Source: Octopus vulgaris (Eukaryota). Taken from it: a stretch of 64,000 nucleotides of DNA. A program made the position numbers and the translations under genes. Below the pieces are notes generated by a model. That model saw nothing but the letters and a program-made list of their open reading frames with translations, did no database searches and had not been told where the DNA came from. This document shows positions 1 to 10,758 of this stretch, piece after piece; position 1 is the first letter of the stretch; every line of letters starts with the position of its first letter. The stretch covers positions 14,632,001-14,696,000 of the forward strand of contig OX597832.1 in the NCBI GenBank assembly GCA_951406725.2, read 5' to 3'.

Positions 1-115
1 TGAGTTTCCTGTTACCAAATATATTCACGGGGCTCTAATCACCCCCCGGTTATGTTAGAAGACAATTGCTTAAATTCCACTATGTGGGACTAAACCGGAA
101 AATTTCTGCTTGGGA
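1..115 (-). mobile_element. Degenerate 5' portion of tRNA-derived SINE family 1 (cut by the window edge)
   Basis: Diverged match to 455-570 of the neighbouring copy (…ccaaat…cac…gct…tagaagaca…gtgggactaaaccggaa). Confidence 0.5.
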
Positions 116-199
116 AGTTAAATGATGATTTGTTTCTTCCACATGTATTACCGATGAAAAACGCAATGTACCTTCGTAAAAATGAACATACTTTCACTT

Positions 200-596
200 T
201 ACTCTTTTACTTGTTCCAGTAATTTGACTGCGGCCATGCTGAAGCACCGCTTTTAGTCGAGCAAATCGACCCCAAGACTTATTCTTTGGAAGCCTAGTAC
301 TTATTCTATCGGTCTCTTTTGCCGACCCTGTAAGTTACGGGGGCGTAAATACAACAACATCAGTTGTCAAGTGGTGTTGGGTGACAAACAAAGACACACA
401 AACATATACAAACACATATATATATATATATACATATATACAACGGGCTTCTTTCAGTTTCCGTCTCCCAAATCCACTCACAAGGCTTTGGTCGGCCCGA
501 GGCTATAGTAGGGGACAGTTCCCCAAGGTGCCACGCAATGAACCCGGAACCATGAGGCTGGTACGCAAGCTACTTACCACATAGCCACTCCTGCGA
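200..596 (-). mobile_element. tRNA-derived SINE family 1, near full length, with internal CA/TA microsatellite
   Basis: The reverse complement starts gcaggagtggctatgtggtaagtagcttg…ggttccgggttca (pol III A/B box-like). It aligns end to end with 54372-54770 and with the inverted copy at 26352-26750. Confidence 0.9.
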
Positions 597-896
597 AAAT
601 ATTTTATATTTTATTACATCTTCATCAGAAAGACATCGGAAAGAGTCGTGGCAGACAAATATATAAATTTCGCAATTGTTATTCTAGGAAAAGAAATAAC
701 GAAAGAGAAAGAAATGTCCCAACGTGGAAAACGCGATCTGATATTTTGATATCAGCTTCACAAAAGGTTTGAAGAATAAATAATAGAAGTAATCAACAAA
801 CTAATGAATTGCATTTGAGAGTAATTTGCATTTTAATTGAATAGTCATGTCCAGAAGAAATGTCAACATCTGTTACAGATGATTAATAGCTTGATG

Positions 897-2163
897 GCAT
901 TCGACTGAAACGTTCATAAGCTGGCCATTAACAATCTCTTGGAATGTGACAAAATGAGGTTGTTTTCAATATATTTCCCTTTATGATCCACACAATTGTT
1001 CTGTCGGTGCTGTAGTGTATGGATCTCATTGGTGACGAAGCTTTCATTCTGTTGGTCTACATCAGATATGACATCATCATCAGCGTGATATCTGTTCCCA
1101 ACCATATGTTTTTATATGTTGCTCCTCGGTTGATAGACAAATAGAGACCAGTCAATGGCGCCCAGGGAATTGTGACAATAATCATCCAGTTGAAAACCAG
1201 TCACACACACACACACACTGTAGTCATTGAAATGAAGAACTTCTGTGCTGGACCATTGCCCTGACAAAATACAGCACCTGTGGTTAATTTTCCAGGAGAG
1301 TTATTCTTGACAGCCTTTTGTAACAACTCAATAAGTTGACAGATTATTTTTCATCGATGGTGGGGCCCATTTGAAGACAGCCAATAAATACAATGCCTTT
1401 TAGATTTCATAATACTGATGTCATAAACTTACCTGTAGATAAAATTAACTTGGCCTGCTTTCGCGAAGATGAGACGGGTTGTTTTACTACATGTTTTCTC
1501 TCTCATGCTTAGGGCCAAAGTGGTGATGCCAATAATCGTCCGGGGTTTTAAAAAGTCTGAAGGAAACCAACTGAATCTGCTTCAAACAATGTCAAAGTTT
1601 CCAGTGATGTGATCACCCTGGTGTACTTTTCATCAGATGTGAGAAGACGTGGCACCCACCGAGCAGAGTCATGCGTCAATCCACATTAGTTGTGCAGAAT
1701 CGTTTCAAATCTCTCATCACAGGATTTGATGCTAATATTAGCTGTTTTCATTTATAATCGGTTGTCTGCAAACTATTACCATGTGGTAGGCATCTTAAAT
1801 AATTTCCTCCTTGGATCATCTTCATGTGTCTCCCTGCCCCTACTAAATGCAGCAGCCAATATTTGTACTGTTGATAATGCTGGACCATTATTCACCAATG
1901 TTGCGAACCCGTCAGCATGAATGCTCTGGGGTTAACCATTTTCTGCAGATAGTTGATAACACTACAATGCCATTTATTTTCCAATTTCAAGAGAAGGCGT
2001 TACATGCTATATTTAAGTGTACTTTGAAACTAAGATTATAGTTTACTGGATGGAAACGTTGCAACCTTTTTAATAAGATGTTGAAATTAATGCATGCAAG
2101 ATTTCCCAGCTGTAGCATCACTCCTTCATTGTGAACCTGTGAACTTTTCAGCCCACATTCGTA
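897..2163 (-). mobile_element. Decayed mariner DNA transposon (transposase pseudogene with TIRs)
   Basis: Minus-strand translation gives ARWVPRLLTSDEKYTR (WVPHEL-type motif), an N-terminal EDDPR, GKLTTGAVFCQGNGPAQK (HQDNAPAH-like) and the C-terminus DDDVISDVDQQNESF…HRQNNCVDHKGKYIE (ORF 914-1105). Imperfect TIRs: ctgaaacgttcataagctg (~904) and the reverse complement of cctgtgaacttttcagcccacattcgta (~2136-2163). Confidence 0.88.
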
Positions 2164-3264
2164 TTATGTTTAATATGATTCAACCCATTTACATTGTTTT
2201 CATTTCAATAATTTAGCTTCCTTCTTAGATTGAATGATATTGTATCATTATTATATTTTATTATTTATCAGGGACAAATGGAACCCGTGTAAACGAATGG
2301 ATATCTGTTAAAATAACAATGCATTTCATGCAAAACTATATTCAAAGCAAACATCTCCGAAAGTAAATCTATACTGTAGTTGGACTAGAATCAATTTCAG
2401 TTCGAAAGCCGTCTTTAAAAATTTACGAATAATTTCGATATTAATTCCGAGCATATTAAATCATACGAATTTATCATCATTCCGATTCAGTGTTACAGAT
2501 GAATGATGGATGCACAACAATAGCTGTTGTGTATCACAGAAATTTACATAAAGAATTGAGGAAACCAGTTACAAAAACGAGGAACAATAATGGAATTCTC
2601 AGCAAAATGCAACTCACACGATTGATATCATATACTTGCTGTAAGGTATCTTCAAAAATTTATTCAGTTGCTAAATCCATTATCAAACATCTCTGAACTT
2701 TGAACGGGAGACATTTGATAATGGCTGTAGCGATTGTCTTTATTGAGGAAGACACTGATCAGCTAAATTCTCAATCATACAAATATTTACTTTTCAGGTA
2801 AGTATCATATTTCATCGTTTTCAATAAATACCTTAGTGCTCCACAGCAGTCACTCACGAACTTATACCGAGAATGCCGTTAGTGTAACCACTTCCAGTAA
2901 CGTATATGTATCTTAATTTCTCAAATCTAAACCTATCGTACCATAAATACTATTCACTGGAATATATAAAATGGCGTTTCGGCGTAACTTATGCACATAT
3001 CAAAACATGGGTTTATGTATTTGTAATTGCGAGGATGCTTTCGCTGAAAATTATTTAGAATCAGATCTGACATAGAGTTTAGACACAACAAAATAAATCA
3101 TAGTAAGTCGCATGAGTGAAACAGAAGTTTTGAATATGTGCTAGCAGTTATTTCATATGGCAACCCAATAAAAAATGTGATACATTTGAATTTAGAAAAA
3201 ACGAATGTATAACTGCACCAATGTCAAAGGATTGAATATCTGCAGTGGATATTAAAACCTATAG

Positions 3265-3450
3265 CGAGTGATTCCAGACCCCATTTGAGTGTAGCAAAAT
3301 TAAATGGATAAGTTTGCGTGTATTGACGCTGTGCACCCAAATTGAGTGTAGTTCCGATAAGCGTAATCGTGCGTAATAGGTTAAAAGAAACTGAAAAATT
3401 TCAAGGGGTGCAGATGGGGAAATCAAAAAAGGTTAGAGAACAGGTTCTAG
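3265..3450. mobile_element. Possible decayed hAT/Charlie-like MITE
   Basis: The ends gagtgattccagacc and aaaaaaggttagagaacaggttctag resemble cagtgattccca…aaaaaggttgagaaccactg termini, but they are very degenerate. Confidence 0.3.
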
Positions 3451-3721
3451 TTCTCTATATCAAAATATGGACAAATGTAAAGTTATGAGAACAGACAGAT
3501 AGTCTTAAGTGACGATATGAAAAATATATAGGGATAATGAACTATCAAGTGTAAACAAACTTACGCGGAAAAGTCTTGTGAAGTAACCTAAAAGTAACGA
3601 CTATCAAATGCGAAAAGAAAAAAAATTATAATATTGACAAATGTTATTTAAATAAGTGTAATTCTTCGGGAAAAACGAAATTACATTTTTACGAACCTAT
3701 ATATATATATATACATTTTCT

Positions 3722-3784
<63 letters not shown>

Positions 3785-3866
3785 TCTATCTATATTTTTA
3801 TCTGCTTGTCTGACGAATTATTTACAACCATCATCACATCTTATATATATGAATACATGTGTGTGT

Positions 3867-3912
<46 letters not shown>

Positions 3913-4299
3913 GCATACCTATATGTGTTTGTGTGTGCGCATGTACGCTTTCTTGCATGTATATATCCATCTATGTAATGTAAGTATATGTATGGAAGCA
4001 CACACACACACTTAGAGATACATTTTTGTGGTTCCTTTCGCATACATCTGCTTCTATCAATCACTCTGTTTCGCTGTTGAACATCATTCCAACAATTTTA
4101 CAAACACTCCACTTCTTTTATACAAATCATGTGTCATGCTACTGGGTATTTTGAAATAACTTACCTCAAGGGTTAACTTGCTTGACCTTTACATATATAA
4201 CCAAGTTTTTATTTTGATGCTACTATGTCCTCAGTCGCTTCATGTAGAAACACACACACAAGCACACTCACACATATTCCTCGCATATAGGTGCATCGG

Positions 4300-4342
<43 letters not shown>

Positions 4343-4369
4343 TAAACATATCTATAAAGTTAGATGGTT

Positions 4370-4412
<43 letters not shown>

Positions 4413-5184
4413 TTATCGAAAAATCATGGTTTCCTCTTGCTTGAATTGCTATGTGATTATAACCTCTGCAATTTCTTTATTCTTATTTTTTCTTTGCTTC
4501 CTTATTTTCTGTTTCTTCCTTATTTACCATAATGTTATTTACTATATTATTTCTTGGACTCGAAATACATTGGAATATTCCAACATGTTTGTGTCAAATT
4601 ACCTTTCCGAGTAACATCAGAATAGGTCATCTGCGTCTTATAGCTGCACACCAAACGATCAAATTCTTCGCTAATTCCTCGACGTTCTGACATTTATTCT
4701 GATGGAATTTGCAGAACGAGAATTAACTAAAGGGATGGGCTTTTTTATATACAGGAGAGTGGTTTTGACATAGATATAATGCCACGAATGTTCTATATTC
4801 TTTCTCCATGCATGAATCGTATTTGAAGGAAACGTTATTGATGCTAGATTTGATCGTGGAGGTAATGGCGTTGGTGGATGCTGCTATACATCTGGCGATG
4901 ATAGACGTGAGTGCCGATAGATGTTTTGTCGGAGTCGTTGACATTGACAGTCGTGGCAGTGGCTATATCGTTGGCAATTTTTTTAATTTTTTTTATATGT
5001 CAATGCTTTCTTTGTCAGTGAAATGACCGACGGTGATATTGCTGAGCTGGCAGCCATAAACATGATTATGTTGTTCCGTTGATCATTTTACTGAATAGCA
5101 TTAGTAAAAATATACTACTATTTTATAAACATTCATGCAGTTGCTGATGGTGGGTGATATATGTCCTTTATCCTTATTCCATTC

Positions 5185-5644
5185 CTTGTTTTAGTCGTTA
5201 AAGCGCCCCCATGCTGGAGTAACAACTGGAATGGCTGAGACGCACAAATCGACCACAGTTCTTGTTTTTAGAAGGATATTAGCTACCATATTACTCTCCT
5301 TAAGTTAAGATGACGTAAACAAAGCAGTACCACTTGTCAAGTGGTGGTGGGCATCACATATTTACAAAACATGCACATTGTTTCATACATACATATATTC
5401 ATACACACACATATATAAATTTGAAGTGTACTCCGTTCGGAACCTATTACTGTACAAAACTGAGCTCGTTCACCCTTAGTCTAGGCTATTATACATCACA
5501 TAAGGAGATACAACTGGTTCCCATTGCAGAGGTAAAACGTTGATAATTTAAATCCTGTGTATATGTGGATCTGTGTTGCATCGAAACGTGTGTAGTGTTT
5601 ATTAAAGAGCTGTCTAACATGTTCCTTCCTGTTCAATACTTACA

Positions 5645-5681
<37 letters not shown>

Positions 5682-5706
5682 CATTACACACACACACACA
5701 CAAACA

Positions 5707-5802
<96 letters not shown>

Positions 5803-5958
5803 GTGTGTGTATCTATGTGACGGACGTCTTTCTCTTTACTTCTGCCAAATCCACTTCTAAGTCATTAGCTGACCCAAGCTCGAAATACACTTGCCGAACG
5901 TGCCACATATTGAAAATTATGTGATTGAAGAGCTAATTTCTTGTCACACAGTCATCTC
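5185..5958 (-). mobile_element. Old SINE family 1 copy split at its expanded internal microsatellite region
   Basis: The 3' half (ccatgctggag…aaatcgacc…gacgtaaac…tgtcaagtggtg, ~5200-5350) and 5' half (ccaaatccact…acacttgccgaacgtgccac, ~5820-5955) are in the expected order around TA/CA runs. Confidence 0.6.
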
Positions 5959-8862
5959 AGATATTTGATAATTGTTGCAAACAGTTACGATAAGCTGCAT
6001 TTGATTTGGGGAGTTTAGAACCTACCAATGAATATATGCTTTTCATTCGAGATAGCACACTGTTGCATTTGTGGACTGAAAATTGTATGAAACAAATTTT
6101 ATTCAGTTATATATGAACCATGTTCGTCCTAATCATTAGCAATGAACATCATCATTACTGTTATTATTATCCAAATTAACTTCCCGAAGATCATCTCCAT
6201 CATCATCATTTTCATGAAAAACATATTCAACATATTCACATTATCCCCCCTTCTTTTCTCATTCCTCCTTCTTTCCTATTTCCGTCTTCTCTTGGTAATT
6301 TTTTCCGTTTTTCCTCCTTCCCATGTCTCTTCTTCTTCTGATTTTTCCCTCCGCTTCTTGATTCACCTCTTTGTCCAACCCATGTTTGTCCATCTGCTCT
6401 TTATTCTCATGTTTTCTTCCCTTCATTCCTCTTTTCCTTCACATGCCTACATCCTCCTCTTTTCCACCACTTCTTCGGTTATCTCTCCTCGACGTCGCCC
6501 TCCCCTTCATGAACATGCCGGAACCATTATATTTGTTTTAAAACTACTTAAGTTCACTAGCTCATAACTGTCATTTTACATCAGACCAAATGATATCGTT
6601 TTTTCTTTATACTTTGTCACTAAAAGATATTATACGTAATCTGCTTCGGCTGCTAGTCATATGTGACATAATGGCATTTCTGCTAACAGAATCGGGAAAC
6701 AAATCTGTTTTGCATGTGTAATAATTTCCAAAAACTAAAATAATGTGATCTGCTACTATTCCTCAATGACATTTCGTCAACCTAATCTACTTATATAAAT
6801 GTTCCGACGAAAATATACTGTGGAAAATGCTTTTACAGTAAACATTTCCTTTTCGTTTCTGATACAACCGAAAATATAAATATTTCACATTTACTAACAT
6901 TAAAAATTTGCTGACTTCAAAGTTCATGTATAGAATGTATGCTTATTGTATCAACCTTACTTACATCAATTTAGGGGATAGGAATGCAGTGTTACAATGA
7001 ATGCATGCGTCAGTACGAAAATGGTGACACTCAGGGATAAAATAAAACGAAGGCGGATGTATAACAATTGACTCAAAATAATAGTGTATATATATGTACT
7101 AACCACATACACACTACGCATAGAATTAATAATGACGCTCAGTATAATTCATAATCTCAGTAGCATGGAAACATGCTATACTTTCAGATATTTAAATATG
7201 TTCTTTCGATGTGATGTTTGTTTCACTTGCAAGGTACAAGAAAAAATTGAAAGAATGTTATTTTAAATTTTGAAACGTCTTGAAATTTGAAATGAAAATT
7301 AAAGTATTAACACTTAAAATCATTCCAGTCATAATTACATCTAAAAATTTCCTGTTAAAAAGGGAAAACAAAATATCAAAATTGACAGTGTGTAGTATTG
7401 AATTAAACTCCTGCTTCACTAATAAAATGTGGCAATGTGGCAATATGTCGAGGATTACACATAACCGTTTATTTATTAACTTTAGCAAATATTAAAGTTC
7501 ATATTTTATGTATAGCTTGCAATATCGTTGGCTACATTGTACATACTTGCACATGTAGCATATTTTTTGTTATTCCAGTTCCATTAAGCGAACGTTGGGT
7601 AAAATCCTTGTTATGACTATCCGTTCCACAACAACTGCTTGGAAGGAAATTCAGCGGCATTTTCTGACAGTTTAGACGTTATTTGCTCTCTACATAAAGA
7701 CCTTCTTTTGTTGAAAGTATAACATTATTGAGATCAATTGAAATGAAATTTGCTTTTGTAGCCTGTCAGGAAAGACAAATCATTCAGTGATATATTTATA
7801 AGGACTGTCCGAAATTTCCCATTGTATATTGTTAATGGAGTTGCAGTTTACAAATGAAGTATGGTATACCTTGGACAATATTTTTCACTAAGGAAGCATG
7901 ATAAAATAGTATATTATGCAACTCTAATAGTTCTCCATCGAACATTTAAACTGCTAACAAATATTGTTATAGTTAAAGTCACACTAATATGTGCGCTGTC
8001 AAACGATGAGTAGTTGCTTTCTGTTTAAGATTCTTAAGTTGTTTTGACACGTTTCATCAACAGGTGAATATGTATATCATCAAGTGCATCTATCTAACAT
8101 AGTCAAATGCATAGCATTTCTAGCAATAGTAAACATTTTTTCTGAAAAACATTTCCTATAATCCTACCGGGGTTTACTAACCAAAAACGGAATGCAATGA
8201 AAAGATAACATGATGAGATTATTTTTTAAACATTTATTTCAAACATACGGTCTGTATTATTTTGTCATATCTATGTGCGTACGAATATATGGTATCGAGT
8301 TAGAGGTGCCTTTCATAATTTATGATCGGTACTGAAGTATTCGACTTACTCTGCAGGAACGGGTTACATGTGTGTGTGTGTTTTAATCTATGCGTGAGTG
8401 TGTGCACGTGTGCGTTGGCATGTGCGAATGTGTGTATGCGCGCGCGTTTTTCAAAAATATAATCAGAATTCAGTATTTTTCACACAGTCTTTCTGTTATT
8501 CTCTTAAGAGCCATGGATATGTTCGCGTTTATCCCTGGACATTTACATTATGAATGTTGTAACCGTAAATGGATACACATTGGATTGCACCTAAGGGCTT
8601 ATGGACTAAAATCTGCACACTTGGAAAGTTGAACTTGTATGCTTCTTGTTTTCTTTTTTTTTTCTTCATTCGTTTTCTCCAGTCTTTTATTTTATCGTTT
8701 CCTTCAGCTAATGCCCGTCACATTTTCTCTATTTTTCTCCGATGAAGGAGTATCATATATTTCGGGTAATCCAACAAACATGTGTAAGACTAAATTTTTC
8801 TAATAATACCATATATGAGTTCAGAAGTTCGTATTTCGTTAGCATTTGTTGTCCTCTTTAAC

Positions 8863-8923
<61 letters not shown>

Positions 8924-9104
8924 CATACATACTTAGTTCGATTTGAAAACTCCACTAGAATGGGAGAAAGCGCTAATATATGACCTAAGTCATATGATGT
9001 ATACAAATATGTAATATACAAATAAATATCTGTAAATATAAAACGATCTGAATTTCTGAGTACCTTATTTCTTCTAATATAAAATACCTGTACATCGTCT
9101 CCAA

Positions 9105-9149
<45 letters not shown>

Positions 9150-9159
9150 ATTTGAACCC

Positions 9160-9207
<48 letters not shown>

Positions 9208-9224
9208 GGGTTCAAATTCTCTGT

Positions 9225-9421
9225 ACAAGGCCATCAGTTATATAGAACGGCAAGTCCGTCAAATCGTACCCAGTGATCAACTGTCACTTATTTTATCGCC
9301 CCCCATCAGAACGGATGGTAAAGCTAATCTCATCGAAATATGAACTCATAACCATAGAGACCGAAGGAATGCCGCCCAGTCTTTTGCCGGGCGTGCTAGC
9401 AGTTCAGCCAGCTCGACGCCT
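9225..9421 (-). mobile_element. Degenerate SINE family 2 copy
   Basis: ccgggcgtgctagcagttcagccagctcgacgcc matches the family 2 head, and cccagtgatcaactg…acttattttatcg matches the core. Confidence 0.6.
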
Positions 9422-9947
9422 TTTGAATGTATACATACTATATATATGTATGCGTATATGAATCCACGTACAATCATATATACGGAATATCATAATTTCC
9501 ATTTCTGCAATGTAAAAGATTAATGTATGATGAAGAAATGAATATGAATTAATTCACAGAATGTTGCCGTATTAAACGAATAATTTCATAAATTGTTTTC
9601 CTATTTAACTGAAATTTACTATAATCTCGTATAACCTCGACAATATCATTATCCTAGTGTAATTAATTTGATTTCGAGTAATGTATATGTTTCTAATTCA
9701 ATAATATCATTCATATTAATTCATGACAGAGAAATCCTATGATTATACTGGAAATTTCCACTTTAATTGCACATCATGAAATATTTGAATCTAAAAAGGC
9801 AAAAATAGAATCCGCAACACAACTCATTATCTAAGCATTTTGCGTCGTGTTTGAAAAGTTAACATGGATGGGGAACTTAGTGTATACGGATGAATTGCTT
9901 TTTTTGTTGTTTGGCAAACGTTCGTAACCAAATGAAGCGGCATATGA

Positions 9948-9956
9948 TACTACTAA

Positions 9957-10007
<51 letters not shown>

Positions 10008-10037
10008 ATCCACTACTACTACTACTACTACTACTAT

Positions 10038-10068
<31 letters not shown>

Positions 10069-10118
10069 GCCACTACAACTGCTGCTGGTACTACTCCTAC
10101 TATTACTCCTACTCCTAG

Positions 10119-10160
<42 letters not shown>

Positions 10161-10228
10161 AACAACAACAACTACTACTATTACTCCCAATACTACTACT
10201 GCAACTATTGCTGCTGCTGTTGTTGTTA
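9948..10228. repeat. (CTA)n compound trinucleotide microsatellite
   Basis: Directly visible CTA repeats with CCA/CAA/CTG variants; source of the poly-L/poly-S/poly-V ORFs. Confidence 0.97.
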
Positions 10229-10532
10229 AGCAACAAGAGAGGTAAGGGTGATTGGGTGATGGTATATGGCTTAGTGGTGAGAGACCCCAGACCTTGGAAA
10301 AAGAACTTTGGTCCATAAATGGTTCTGGTTAGGAGTAAAAGAAATGAAAATAATAATAATAAAGTGGTGCTGAAAGAGGGAAAGAAATATATATATATAT
10401 ATAATACTGTGTGGAAAAAGAAATGAAAAAATATAAAGTTGTGTTGAAGGAAGAGCAGAACACTTCAAAGGGAATAGGTGTTGTGGCGGACGCCCCCAGA
10501 TGAGAAGTGGACTGGTCAACTACTAATAAATT

Positions 10533-10741
10533 TATTTCTTTATTACCCACAAGGGGCTAAACATAGAGGGGACAAACAAGGACAGACAAAGGAATTAAGT
10601 CGATTAGATCGACCACAGTGGGTAACTGGTACTTAATTTATCGACCCCGAAAGGATGAAAGGCAAAGTCGACCTCGGCGGAATTTGAACTCACAACGTAA
10701 TGGCAGCAGAAATACTGCTAAGCATTTCGCCCGGCGTGCTA
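10533..10741 (-). mobile_element. SINE family 2, 5'-truncated, with a perfect 17-bp TSD
   Basis: tcaactactaataaatt at 10516-10532 and 10742-10758. The body aligns with 16620-16855 (gagttcaaattccgccgaggtcgactttgcctttcatcctttcggggtcgataaattaagtaccag). Confidence 0.93.
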
Positions 10742-10758
10742 TCAACTACTAATAAATT

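Noticed and set aside
6142-6567. 141-aa hydrophobic ORF resembling a membrane protein
   Set aside because: Pyrimidine-rich low-complexity tract; the F/L/S bias follows from base composition.
8735-8792. Hammerhead-like ccgatgaagga…tcc…aaac
   Set aside because: The catalytic core is degenerate (no intact CUGANGA or GAAA) and the flanking stems are not evident.
9831-10318. Long poly-V/poly-S/poly-L ORFs (also 17315-17925 and 20090-20591)
   Set aside because: Stop-free frames of trinucleotide microsatellites with no domain content.
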